A stretch of 64,000 nt of DNA from Candidatus Hydrogenedentota bacterium (GCA_963745075.1 CAVUWV010000032.1:32001-96000), one strand, 5' to 3'. Positions 49,760 through 59,802 are shown, counted from the first letter of the stretch. Notes: generated from the letters alone by a model not told the origin. Made by a program: numbers and translations.

Positions 49760-50832
49760 AGACGCTCGACCGCTACCTCCTGCGCCGCATGACCGGTACG
49801 TTGCTCCGATCGTTGTTCGCGCTGCTTTTCATTTACATCTTGATAGACCTGCTGACACACCGGGACATCGCCATTCTCAAATACGACGTTCCCGCGGGCG
49901 TGGTCCTACGGTACTACCTGGCCTTTGCCCCGCAGATCCTGTATCGCGTCGCTCCCTTTGCCGTGTTGATCGCCGGCCTCCTTGTGTTGGGCGACGCCGC
50001 ACAGAACAACGAGGTGACCGCCGTGTTGGCGGGGGGCATCAGCCTGCGGCGCATGGTGTGGATGCCCGTTCTCGTGTGCCTGACTTTCGCCGTGGCGCTG
50101 TTTGCGTTCAATGAAACCGTCGGCGCGGCGGCTGCACGTGAAGCCAACCGGATCGACGAGAATTACTTCTCGCAGAATCCCGAGTTCCAGCGAAAGGGCG
50201 TCAGTTGGGCCAACCTCGGCGGCAAGTGGACCTGCCACATCGACAAGTTTAACCGGCTTGCCCTGACGGGCGAAGGTGTCCTGATACACGCATCGGAAGG
50301 CGATGTCTTCGAACAGATCGAGGCCCGCCGCATCTACTGGGACGAAGCGCGGCGCAAGTGGATCCTGGAAGACGGCCGCTGGTACACGATCACCGGCAAC
50401 GAGTCCGCGCGGGGTAAACGGATTCGCCAGCAACCGGCGCCTTTTGACGAGACGCCGGACGAATTGTTCGCCCTGGACGAACCCGTGGAAACCAAGACCG
50501 CCGGCCAGTTGATGGACGAAATCCTCAGCGCCGAAAAGCGCGCCGTTCCCGCCGGCACGTTGTGGGTCGACTATTACGCCAAATTCTCCCAGCCGGCGTT
50601 AAGTTTCGTGATGATTTGGCTGGCGATTCCTTTTGCGCTGCGGGTGCGACGCGGGGGGCTGGGCATCAGCTTCGGCATCAGCATCGCGATCGCCATCGCA
50701 TATTTGCTGGTTTTTTCCGTCGCCATGAGCCTGGGCCATGCGGATCGGTTGTCGCCTCCCATCGCCGCGTGGCTGGCCAACGCCTTGTTCTTCGTCGTGG
50801 GCGCGTTCCTCTTCTGGCGCACGCCAACGTGA
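49756..50832 (+). CDS. lptG: LptF/LptG family permease (LptG-like)
   Basis: TLDRYLLR, NNEVTAVLAGGISL, PPIAAWLANALF; ATGA coupling to the upstream gene. Confidence 0.82.
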   Translation: MKTLDRYLLRRMTGTLLRSLFALLFIYILIDLLTHRDIAILKYDVPAGVVLRYYLAFAPQILYRVAPFAVLIAGLLVLGDAAQNNEVTAVLAGGISLRRMVWMPVLVCLTFAVALFAFNETVGAAAAREANRIDENYFSQNPEFQRKGVSWANLGGKWTCHIDKFNRLALTGEGVLIHASEGDVFEQIEARRIYWDEARRKWILEDGRWYTITGNESARGKRIRQQPAPFDETPDELFALDEPVETKTAGQLMDEILSAEKRAVPAGTLWVDYYAKFSQPALSFVMIWLAIPFALRVRRGGLGISFGISIAIAIAYLLVFSVAMSLGHADRLSPPIAAWLANALFFVVGAFLFWRTPT

Positions 50833-50854
50833 TGGAAAAAGGGGAGTAAGACGG

Positions 50855-52270
50855 ATGATGACCAGCAGACGACAATTCCTCACTGCCGCAGGAATGGCGG
50901 GCGCTAGGCTCGCCCTCGGAGGTTACGCGCAGACCTCCGCGAAGACCGCCGCGCGGCCCAATATCCTCTTCTTCTTCCCGGACCAGCACCGCTACGACTG
51001 GGTGGGCGCGAACAAAGAAATCGGCGTGCCGATGCCCCATCTCGATGCGCTGGGAGCGCGCGGCGTGCGGTTCGAACGGGCCTACTGCGCATCGCCGCTG
51101 TGCGCACCCTCGCGGGCCTGTCTCGCGCAAGGCGTGGAATACGGCCGGTGCGGGGTCGCGTCAAACAAGGAAAACCTGGGGCTGGACGCGACGACGTTTT
51201 ACGGGTTGCTGCGGGAATCGGGGTATCACGTCGCCGGTTGCGGCAAGATGGATTTGAACAAAGGCGAGCAGAAATGGGGATTGGACGGCACGTACCACAT
51301 TTCCGACTGGGGATTCTCGAGCGGCATCAACAACGCGGGGAAATGGGACGCGATTCGAGCCAGCAAGGAGACCCCCGCCGATCCCTACATGAAATATCTC
51401 TACGACCGCGAACTGGCCGCAGTGCACATTGCTGATTTCCAGCGCCGGCGCGGCGACCCCAACCTCTCGTACAGTTTCACCGAACCGACACCACTTCCCG
51501 AACCGGCGTATTGCGACAACTGGGTCGCACAGAACGGGCTCGATCTGATCGATGCGGCGCCCACCGGCCAACCGTGGTTCCTCCAAGTGAATTTCACGGG
51601 ACCTCACCCGCCGGTGGATATAACGGAACGCATGGACAAGGGATGTCGCGGCGTCACTCATCCGCAACCGAACCGCAATACGGAATTCCCGCCAGTGGTG
51701 CACAACGCCATCCGGCAAAATTACTCCGCCATGGTAACGAATATCGACCGGTGGCTCGGGATGTATGCAGATAAACTCCGTGAACGCGGCGAACTCGACA
51801 ATACGCTCGTCGTGTACAGCAGCGATCACGGCGAAATGCTGGGCGACCACAATCTCTGGGGCAAATCGAAACCGCACGAAGCATCGGCAGGCGTGCCTTT
51901 GGTCGTTGCGGGGCCCGGAGTGCAACGCAATGTGGCGAGCGATGCGCTGGTTTCCATCATGGATCTCGCGGCGACGTTTCTGGAGTGTGGCGGCGCGCCG
52001 GTCCCCGAGAGAATGGACAGCCGGTCGCTCATGCCGTTGTTGCGCGGGACCACGTCGACGCATCGCACCCATCTGCTTACAGGACTCGGGGCTTTCCGCG
52101 TGGCGCGGGACCACCAGTACAAGCTGGTGGCCGGTTATCCCGATGCGGATTCGGTGGCCTTGTACGATCTGCAGGTCGATCCCCTCGAGAATCGGGATAT
52201 CGCGGCGGACAAGCCGGCCGAAGTGAAGCGGTTGCAGGAACTCATCGAGGCAGGGCGCGCGAGGGTCTGA
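50855..52270 (+). CDS. Tat-exported Cys-type sulfatase
   Basis: SRRQFL, RPNILFFFPDQHR, CAPSRA (CxPxR), SDHGEMLGDH, LYDLQVDPLE. Confidence 0.94.
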   Translation: MMTSRRQFLTAAGMAGARLALGGYAQTSAKTAARPNILFFFPDQHRYDWVGANKEIGVPMPHLDALGARGVRFERAYCASPLCAPSRACLAQGVEYGRCGVASNKENLGLDATTFYGLLRESGYHVAGCGKMDLNKGEQKWGLDGTYHISDWGFSSGINNAGKWDAIRASKETPADPYMKYLYDRELAAVHIADFQRRRGDPNLSYSFTEPTPLPEPAYCDNWVAQNGLDLIDAAPTGQPWFLQVNFTGPHPPVDITERMDKGCRGVTHPQPNRNTEFPPVVHNAIRQNYSAMVTNIDRWLGMYADKLRERGELDNTLVVYSSDHGEMLGDHNLWGKSKPHEASAGVPLVVAGPGVQRNVASDALVSIMDLAATFLECGGAPVPERMDSRSLMPLLRGTTSTHRTHLLTGLGAFRVARDHQYKLVAGYPDADSVALYDLQVDPLENRDIAADKPAEVKRLQELIEAGRARV

Positions 52271-52311
52271 GACCCACACGGGCGGGCCCGGGAGATCCGC
52301 AGGGACCGATA

Positions 52312-54249
52312 TCAAGGTTTGAGTTGGTCTTGGCAGTAGGATTTCAATCGCAGTGAGACGGTGTCGTCGGGAACGGTGGTGAGCACGCGATCGAACTGCT
52401 CCACGGCTTCGCGAAACTGACCGGTTCGCAGGTAGACCTTGCCGAGGTTGCGGCGCGCGACAAGGAAACTGGGGTTCAGTTCGCAGGCCTGTTTCAAGAA
52501 TTCGACCGCTTTGTCGTAGAGTCCGTACTCGGCGGCGGCGCTGCCGAGATTGTTCAGGCCAAACACGTCCCGGCGCGAGAAATGGGCAGCGCGATCGAAG
52601 GCCTCGATGCCTTTTTCCCGATCTCCCTCGTCCAGCAAGGTACGGCCGCGCGCGAAGTTCACGTCGAATAGAATCAACTCCGCAGTCCAATCGCCGTGCA
52701 CGTCCGCTTCATCGAGGGTATGCCAGGTGTATGCGTTCCACGTCGGCGGCTGCGCGACTTCAAAACCCGGCGCCGTGTAGCGGTAGAGGAGGCCCGTGTT
52801 AGCCGTGACCGCATCCTCCACGTTGCGTTTGGCCGTGGTATACACGGGACGTCCGCTGTTGTGCACAAGCCAATCGATGATGATTCGTTCGTCGGCCTCT
52901 GTCGGTCGTTTTGCGAAGGTTTTCGTAACGTCTTCCGGCATGGCGCTGTAGACCTTCTCGATAGGATACCCATACGGATTCGCAACGGTAACGTCCTTCC
53001 GGAGGTGTTCCACAATCTGCAAGTACATGACCGAGAACAGGGCGTGGTCGCTATCGCCGAAATAGATCGCGCCCGGCGCCATCGTGGCCAGCACGTTGCG
53101 CGCGTAGTCGTCCACAAAGTAGTACCGGCTCTTGTCGTCCTGCTGGTAGTGCGTGGCCAGCGGAATCGCTGCGGCCGCAACCGTGAGTAGAATGGCCAGA
53201 ACGCGCTGCAGCACGCGACTCGTCGGAAGCGAGGCAACGTCCGCGACGACGACGCCGATGAAGATAGCGGCAATGACGTAGGCGGGAATCCAGTAGGTGG
53301 TATTGATCCAAATTGCCATGCGGTCAAACCCGAAATTCGGAATCACGATGGCGCCCACACTGAACACTATGAACAGCAGGGTTAAAAGTATGGCGGGACC
53401 GGGACGTTTCCGCAGCAGTAAGACGACGCCAACCACCGCCAACCACCCGATGCCCGGCGTAAACTGTTGCGAATAGATCCCCGCAAACACACGCAACTGC
53501 CCAAGAAATCGCGCGAGGGAACGGGGGCCGTCAGTCATAATAAACGTGTACTGGGCGCGGGTAATGACGTCCCAGAAATTGTCCAGGGTCTGCGGGTTGC
53601 CCCAATCCATGGCGGGGTTCGCCATAGACCGTAGCGGCAGATAGAGGTTCAGGAGCAGCCCGATGCAGACCGCGACAATGGCGCGAATGTACACTCCGAT
53701 GCTTTCCCGGGAGAGCCCGCCCACGGCGAGTACGTAGAACGGCACGACGAGTGCTGCAAGAGCGATGATGTTGTGGTTGCACATCCCCAACCCGAAGCAG
53801 AACCCGCAGGCGATAAGCAACCCGGGGCGCCGTTCATCCTGCCAACGCAGGACAAGCAGGATACACAGCGCCGTAAGATAGGCATTCAGCGAATAGACCT
53901 CCGCGATGACGCTCTGTTCCCAGAACTCGAAGGAAAACGCTAGAGTCAGCCCACCGGCCACGGCGGCCCAGCGGTTGCGCGTTAGCTTGATAAGAATGAG
54001 CGTGACCACATAGACCGTGGCCGCCGAAAAGAAGGCCGACGCCAGGGCTACGCGCCACGCGATGCTATTGAGCGGCACCAGATGGATAAACACGTTGGCC
54101 AGGATGCACCAGAGCGGATACCCGGTGGGATGCGGGATGCCGAGGGTGTACGCGGCGGAGATCAGTTCGCCGCTGTCTTCGCCGGTCACCGTTGGGGCCA
54201 GCGTGCGCAAGTACACCGCCATGGCAGCGACCGCAACAAAAGCCGCCAC
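52312..54249 (-). CDS. DUF2723 / TMEM260-like membrane glycosyltransferase with C-terminal TPRs (start may be 54315)
   Basis: TLAPTVTGEDSGEL, LGIPHPTGYPLW, WEQSVIAEVYSLN, YLPLRS, DWGNP; TPR-like C-terminus. Confidence 0.88.
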   Translation of the reverse strand: MAAFVAVAAMAVYLRTLAPTVTGEDSGELISAAYTLGIPHPTGYPLWCILANVFIHLVPLNSIAWRVALASAFFSAATVYVVTLILIKLTRNRWAAVAGGLTLAFSFEFWEQSVIAEVYSLNAYLTALCILLVLRWQDERRPGLLIACGFCFGLGMCNHNIIALAALVVPFYVLAVGGLSRESIGVYIRAIVAVCIGLLLNLYLPLRSMANPAMDWGNPQTLDNFWDVITRAQYTFIMTDGPRSLARFLGQLRVFAGIYSQQFTPGIGWLAVVGVVLLLRKRPGPAILLTLLFIVFSVGAIVIPNFGFDRMAIWINTTYWIPAYVIAAIFIGVVVADVASLPTSRVLQRVLAILLTVAAAAIPLATHYQQDDKSRYYFVDDYARNVLATMAPGAIYFGDSDHALFSVMYLQIVEHLRKDVTVANPYGYPIEKVYSAMPEDVTKTFAKRPTEADERIIIDWLVHNSGRPVYTTAKRNVEDAVTANTGLLYRYTAPGFEVAQPPTWNAYTWHTLDEADVHGDWTAELILFDVNFARGRTLLDEGDREKGIEAFDRAAHFSRRDVFGLNNLGSAAAEYGLYDKAVEFLKQACELNPSFLVARRNLGKVYLRTGQFREAVEQFDRVLTTVPDDTVSLRLKSYCQDQLKP

Positions 54250-54338
54250 GGTGTAATCATCCAGATCGAAAGGGCGAACCGGCCGGCCGCCCGGACTGTC
54301 GGATACTTCCTCTATGGTGACTGCCTCCCGCCGCCGGC

Positions 54339-54743
54339 TCAGTTCTTATTCAACCACTGCACGAACTCGATCACGTTGTTGTCGGGATCGGTGAGATATA
54401 CCCATTTCACCAACCCGGCCGTCTCGAAAGGACCGTCCACCACCGGAACCCCGGCGGACGTGGCCCGTTCGAGCAGGTTGTCCATGTCCTCCGTGCCGAG
54501 GGCCAAGTGGGGCGTGTAAGGCGGTTCCACCGCACGTTGGTCCATGGGCACTGGATCCCCTTTGTCATCAAGGAGTTGCAAGAGCTCCAAGTTACCACCC
54601 TCGAGTTCGAGATACGCAAAGGCTTCCCGCATCTCGGGATCCACCTTCTTGAACATGAACTTCAGCCCGAGCTTCTCCGTGTAAAACGCGATCGACGCGT
54701 CAATATCCGACACGCGAAAGGCGAAATGGTCTGACCGGTACAT
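54339..54743 (-). CDS. VOC / glyoxalase family protein
   Basis: DHFAFRVSDIDASIAFY, LELL, HLAL, DPDNNVIEF. Confidence 0.92.
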   Translation of the reverse strand: MYRSDHFAFRVSDIDASIAFYTEKLGLKFMFKKVDPEMREAFAYLELEGGNLELLQLLDDKGDPVPMDQRAVEPPYTPHLALGTEDMDNLLERATSAGVPVVDGPFETAGLVKWVYLTDPDNNVIEFVQWLNKN

Positions 54744-54992
54744 AAGTTACTCCCTCCCCGAAGTTTCCGACTCCCGCCGCCGAGCCCGTCCAATGTACCG
54801 GATACGGACGGAAGATGGAAGAAACCACTGCGAATTCTCCCGAAAACGCCTCGTCGCCTTGCATTGGCGTGTCGCATACCCTATGGTTGAAAGCACGCAG
54901 CAAGGTTTTACCACACGGGACCGCCATCCGAATCGGTGGTCGCAGTCACAGGCAAATAGCAATGTAGTCCGACTCATCGGAGGGAAAACTCG

Positions 54993-56537
54993 ATGATCGA
55001 ACTCACCTGTCCCCATTGCGGGCACCAATTGCGCATCCAGTCGAAGTACGCGGGTCGCGAAGGAAAATGCAAGCATTGCCAAGGTCCGATTCTAGTCCCC
55101 AGCACCGCCTCGCTAGCCGTCCCGTCAGAAGACCTTCCGGGCGCGACCTCGCCTCCCCCACCGATGCCTGGCGGTGTCGGGTCGACAGCGCTCGATGATT
55201 TGAATGTCGATGCCAACTGGCAACCGCCGGCCCGGGTTGCCGGTGTGGAGGCAACGCCACAAGAAACGCACAGCCGAGTAGGGTGTTGGTATTGGCTGCT
55301 TGTCGTGTTCTTCACTCCGGGGGCGCTCATCTGGGGAATCCTACTTCCTAAGGGTCACCCGCAGCGAACGGCTGCCATTGTCATCCCTATCCTTATTATG
55401 GTGCTCGTCCCGGTGGCCGCTTTGGCCATCTTCGGCGCGGGATTGCTGGCGCTGAACCAAGTAACGACCATAGAAAGTGACGCCGGCGATCTGGCAATTA
55501 CGCCGTCGAACCTGCAAATCGAGGTGTCGCGCAGTGACTATTCGAAGTTGCAGGCAAACAACCCGGCCGGGCAAGAGAACGCGGTTACGTGGCGGTCGAG
55601 CGATCCCGAAATTGCCAAGGTCGTTGGCAACGCACAGAGCGCGATCGTGTACGGGATGGCGCCGGGAACGGCGACGATTGCCGCGGAAGGCATCATGAGC
55701 GGCGAGCAGGCGACGGCGACCGTGACGGTCGTGCCCGCACAATCTACCGGCGATTCGGCGGCGGAAGATTCCGGTGAATCGGGCGTCACAACGACCGTAG
55801 AGTTCGTGTCCACAGGCCTGCCCTCGTATCCGGGGATGGAATTTGAAACCGCCCCGCACGCCGATAATGCCATGTATCCTTCATTAGGCGTGTCGGACCC
55901 CTCAGCCCTCAAAACCTTCAAGGGCCTCACTTCAGACGACTACGAAACGGTGTCGACCCATTTCTACGAGCATTTGAAAGTACAGGGGTGGGCCATTTTG
56001 AATTCGGGTTACGGCGATCCAAACAAACAAGAATTTTACATGTTCGCACAGCGGGGGAACGAACGTCTCGGCTACGCCACGGGCGCCGAGAACGGGCGGG
56101 TTGCCGTTTACATGACGCTCGCGCAAACCCCTTCAGCGGCGGCAGAACAATCTACACCCGACGCCACAGCGGTAACTCCGGCAAGACCAGCAGCGGGCCA
56201 GAATACGGAGGCCGTTCCTATCGACCGTTTCCCACTCTATGCAGGTCTTCAGTTCACGCCCACCGATACGCCGCCCAACTTCAATGATGTACACGGCGCA
56301 CCGCCTGACTACGTCGCGCTGTACCAGGGTACGGTGGCCGCTGATTACAGGGAAGTTTCCGCCTTTTACAAGAAGCGGTTGGACGAAACTCCGTGGGATC
56401 GAACGGTTTTTACGAAGATGGACGGACCGGACCATTTCTTCATCGTATCCGGGAAGGGAGATGGCGCCCGGTTTGCCATCGAGGGCACGCCGACGGCGAA
56501 CGGTGGAACCTTGCTTCGGTTGGGCTTCTACCACTGA
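54993..56537 (+). CDS. Hypothetical membrane protein: Zn ribbon, TM hairpin, Ig-like (Big_2) domain, two related C-terminal domains
   Basis: CPHC...CKHC; hydrophobic segments; VTWRSSDPEIAKV...GMAPGTATIAA; LPSYPG and FPLYAG repeats; GGAGG RBS. Confidence 0.8.
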   Translation: MIELTCPHCGHQLRIQSKYAGREGKCKHCQGPILVPSTASLAVPSEDLPGATSPPPPMPGGVGSTALDDLNVDANWQPPARVAGVEATPQETHSRVGCWYWLLVVFFTPGALIWGILLPKGHPQRTAAIVIPILIMVLVPVAALAIFGAGLLALNQVTTIESDAGDLAITPSNLQIEVSRSDYSKLQANNPAGQENAVTWRSSDPEIAKVVGNAQSAIVYGMAPGTATIAAEGIMSGEQATATVTVVPAQSTGDSAAEDSGESGVTTTVEFVSTGLPSYPGMEFETAPHADNAMYPSLGVSDPSALKTFKGLTSDDYETVSTHFYEHLKVQGWAILNSGYGDPNKQEFYMFAQRGNERLGYATGAENGRVAVYMTLAQTPSAAAEQSTPDATAVTPARPAAGQNTEAVPIDRFPLYAGLQFTPTDTPPNFNDVHGAPPDYVALYQGTVAADYREVSAFYKKRLDETPWDRTVFTKMDGPDHFFIVSGKGDGARFAIEGTPTANGGTLLRLGFYH

Positions 56538-56720
56538 GCGGCATCCCCCACGCACCGGCCTCGTTTGGGTCCCACAGTGAATCGACCAGAAGAATTGTAG
56601 AACATGCTCTCCATATCGTAGGCTCAAGGTTACGATCGGCAGCCGATACGCGCAGCGGGACGGCACCCGAACATGTGATAACACGCTGCAACGCACTGCG
56701 ACGCTACGGAGGAGAGACCG

Positions 56721-58127
56721 ATGATCGAGATCAACTGTCCTCATTGCGGGTTCGCGTTGCGCATCAAGCCCAAGTATGCGGGGCGCGAGGGGAAGTGTGC
56801 GAAGTGCAACGGGCGGCTCCGCGTTCCCGACCTCGAACCTGCGGTGGAGACGACGCCGCGCGAAATTAGCGTGACGCCGACCCCTCCCGGTCTGGCGCCG
56901 GTATCTACATCGCTGGAAGACCTGCAAGAAGATAACCTTCCCCCCGTCGTCGATCGGGCGCCGGCCGCGACTGTCGCAGGCATTCCGAAACGAGACGACG
57001 ACGGGCCACGCCCCGAATTCGAGTCGACGGCCCTGGACGATCTCGACAAAGTCGAGAATTGGCAGGACGAATGGGAAGGAGCCGAATCGCGCGAGCCCCG
57101 CCCGGCCGGTGCGCGGTTGACCGTATGGTACTGGGTACTCGCAGTCGTGGCAGCGCCCGTCGCGCTCGTTTGGGGACTGGTCCTTCCCCGCAAACACCCC
57201 AAGAAAATGACGGCCATTCTCGCGCCCATCGTAATCCTGGTGGCCGGAGGTTTTCTCGCCTTTACCGTATTCGCAGTCGTCGGTACCGCATTTCACGACG
57301 ATGACTCGGCGAGCGCCGCAGCCAGCGCGGTCACGCCGCAAGTGGCTTCTTCGGGCGCCGTTCCCGCAGCGTCGGAACCGGGACGGCCCCACCAAGGCGC
57401 GCCTGCCGTGCAACGTGTTTCCGTCTACGAGGCCACGGGGCTGCCCACCTATCCCGGGCTGACGTTCAGGCCGGTTTCTCCATCGGAGAACCCCGCTTAT
57501 GTATCGCTAGGCGTCGCCGATCCGTCGACAACCCAGACGTTTTGCGCGATGACAAACGTCAACAACGATGAGATCTGTAAGTCGTTTTTTCAGCAGTTCG
57601 AGGCACAGAACTGGACCATCACCGACTCCGGATACCGGGAGGAGGCCCACGCCACCGTCTTCATTCTCGGAGAAAAGAACGGCGAGAAACTGGCCTATTG
57701 CACGGCGGTGACACGGGAGGGTCTTGCGGTATATATTACCCTCGCGCGTGGCGAGCAGAGTGCCGCAACAACGGAAGGTGCCACGGCTACGGCGCCCATT
57801 GACGAGTTCCCCCATTATCCCGGGCTTACCTTGACGGCAACGTCGTCCGTTCCGGATTACGTCGGGCCGACCGGCCGCAAACCGTATTATCAATCCGCTT
57901 TCGACGGCACGGTGATGGCCACCTTGACCGATGTGGCCGAGTTCTACAAAGACGCCTTGGACGGGGGGCGCTGGAGCTGGAACGACTTCTCGCAACCGGA
58001 CGAGCCGAATCCCCATTTTCTTGCGAAAGGCGGCCGCGGCGATTTCCGGTACGTATTGCAGGGCAAGCCCGTGGCTCGGGGCACGCACGTGGTCCTGGGC
58101 TTCGTGCAACCCGGAACGCCGTTTTAG
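56721..58127 (+). CDS. Paralogue of the upstream Zn-ribbon membrane protein, without the Ig-like domain
   Basis: CPHC...CAKC, KYAGREGKC, STALDDL, WYW..WG..LP.KHP, LPTYPG and FPHYPG; GGAGG RBS. Confidence 0.8.
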   Translation: MIEINCPHCGFALRIKPKYAGREGKCAKCNGRLRVPDLEPAVETTPREISVTPTPPGLAPVSTSLEDLQEDNLPPVVDRAPAATVAGIPKRDDDGPRPEFESTALDDLDKVENWQDEWEGAESREPRPAGARLTVWYWVLAVVAAPVALVWGLVLPRKHPKKMTAILAPIVILVAGGFLAFTVFAVVGTAFHDDDSASAAASAVTPQVASSGAVPAASEPGRPHQGAPAVQRVSVYEATGLPTYPGLTFRPVSPSENPAYVSLGVADPSTTQTFCAMTNVNNDEICKSFFQQFEAQNWTITDSGYREEAHATVFILGEKNGEKLAYCTAVTREGLAVYITLARGEQSAATTEGATATAPIDEFPHYPGLTLTATSSVPDYVGPTGRKPYYQSAFDGTVMATLTDVAEFYKDALDGGRWSWNDFSQPDEPNPHFLAKGGRGDFRYVLQGKPVARGTHVVLGFVQPGTPF

Positions 58128-58238
58128 GGAAACTTGAAGGGACCGTATGGACTCTATGGACCGCAGGGACGCAAGCCTCCATCAAGTCCATACCGTCCAT
58201 GATTTGGTAACTTGAACGGATTGTGGATGCACTCGAAA

Positions 58239-58274
58239 ATTCCCCCTTCGAAGGGGGACCAAGGGGGATGTTCT
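58239..58274. repeat. Solo arm of the REPIN/MITE-like family
   Basis: ATTCCCCCTTCGAAGGGGGACCAAGGGGGATGTTCT, two mismatches to the arm at 28537-28572. Confidence 0.85.
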
Positions 58275-58279
58275 CAGCT

Positions 58280-59671
58280 ATGAAGTATCGAATCGAACGC
58301 GACACGATGGGAGAAATGAAGGTCCCGAGCGACCGGTATTACGGGTGCCAGACGGCGCGGTCGCTGGTGAACTTCAAGATTGGCACGGAACACATGCCGC
58401 GCGAACTTATCCGCGCCATGGGCATCCTGAAGAAAGCGGCGGCGCTGACCAACAAAGACCTGGGGCTTCTTGCCGACGATATCTGCAAGGCGATTTGCGA
58501 GGCGGCGGACGAGGTCATCGAGGGGAAGCTGGACGACCATTTCCCGCTGGTGGTGTGGCAAACGGGCAGCGGCACGCAGACCAATATGAACACCAACGAG
58601 GTCATCTCGAACCGGGCCATCGAGATGCTCGGCGGGGAACTCGGCAGCAAGAAACCGGTCCATCCCAACGACCACGTAAACATGTCGCAGTCGTCGAACG
58701 ACACGTTCCCCACCGCCATGAGCATCGCGGCGGTGGAACAGATTCACCAGCGCCTCTTGCCGGCTGTAGCGGCGCTGCGCGACACGTTGAAGAAGAAGTC
58801 CGAGAAGTTCCAGTCGATTATCAAGATCGGGCGCACGCATCTCATGGATGCGACGCCGCTGACCTTGGGTCAGGAATTCTCGGGATACGCGCACCAGTTG
58901 ACGAACGGGATCGAGCGCATCGAATCCACCCTCCCGAAGCTGGCGGAACTCGCCCTGGGCGGAACGGCTGTCGGCACGGGCCTCAACACCAAGAAGGGCT
59001 ACGACGAAAAGGTCGCAGCAAAGATCGCTGAGTTGACGGGACTACCCTTCAAAACGGCGCCGAACAAGTTTGAATCATTGGCCGCCCACGACGCCATGGT
59101 CATGACCTCCGGCGCGTTGAAGACGCTGGCGTGCAGCCTCATGAAGATCGCCAACGACGTGCGCTGGCTGGCGAGCGGTCCGCGCTGCGGCTTGGGCGAA
59201 CTCATGATTCCCGGAGAACGAGCCGGGCTCCTCCATCATGCCGGGCAAGGTGAATCCCACCCAGTGCGAGGCCGTAACCATGGTGGCCGCGCAGGTCATC
59301 GGGAACGACACTCCGTCAACGTCGGCGGGTCCATGGGTAATTTTGAGTTGAACGTGTTCAAGCCCGTGATTATCCACAACGTGCTGCAGTCGATCCGGTT
59401 GCTGGCCGACGCGTGCGAATCGTTCAACGAACACTGCGCGGTCGGTATCGAACCCAATGAGAAACGCATCGACGTGTTACTACACGAGTCGCTTATGCTC
59501 GTCACAGCACTCAATCGCACGATCGGGTACGATAACGCCGCCAAGATCGCCAAGACGGCCCACAAGAACGGCACGACCTTAAAGGAAGAAGCGATCAATC
59601 TCGGCCTGCTCACCGCTGAAGAATTCGACCAGACCGTGGACCCGACGAAGATGATCGGGCCGAGTGATTAG
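58280..59671 (+). CDS. fumC: Fumarate hydratase class II, with two compensating indels
   Basis: [59 protein letters not shown] signature present in a shifted frame at 59210-59311. Confidence 0.96.
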   Translation: MKYRIERDTMGEMKVPSDRYYGCQTARSLVNFKIGTEHMPRELIRAMGILKKAAALTNKDLGLLADDICKAICEAADEVIEGKLDDHFPLVVWQTGSGTQTNMNTNEVISNRAIEMLGGELGSKKPVHPNDHVNMSQSSNDTFPTAMSIAAVEQIHQRLLPAVAALRDTLKKKSEKFQSIIKIGRTHLMDATPLTLGQEFSGYAHQLTNGIERIESTLPKLAELALGGTAVGTGLNTKKGYDEKVAAKIAELTGLPFKTAPNKFESLAAHDAMVMTSGALKTLACSLMKIANDVRWLASGPRCGLGELMIPGERAGLLHHAGQGESHPVRGRNHGGRAGHRERHSVNVGGSMGNFELNVFKPVIIHNVLQSIRLLADACESFNEHCAVGIEPNEKRIDVLLHESLMLVTALNRTIGYDNAAKIAKTAHKNGTTLKEEAINLGLLTAEEFDQTVDPTKMIGPSD

Positions 59672-59692
59672 ATTTGGGCACATGAGTAGAAG

Positions 59693-59717
59693 ATGGATTC
59701 CTGCTTTCGCGGGAATG
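59693..59717. repeat. Short REP-like palindrome
   Basis: ATGGATTCCTGCTTTCGCGGGAATG: ATTCCTGC / GCGGGAAT stem with TTTC loop. Confidence 0.5.
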
Positions 59718-59802
59718 TACTGTTTTCCATTGGGCGGGCTAGTACGGCAACCCCGTGCCACTCGATGTTGGCTCGTTTCTTTGAGCAGGATTGGAGTTAC
59801 TG

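Noticed and set aside
51161..52690. Long antisense or alternative-frame ORFs (e.g. 51161..52690, 5300..6439, 41901..43094, 56133..57413)
   Set aside because: Shadows of well-supported genes in GC-rich DNA, with no motifs of their own.
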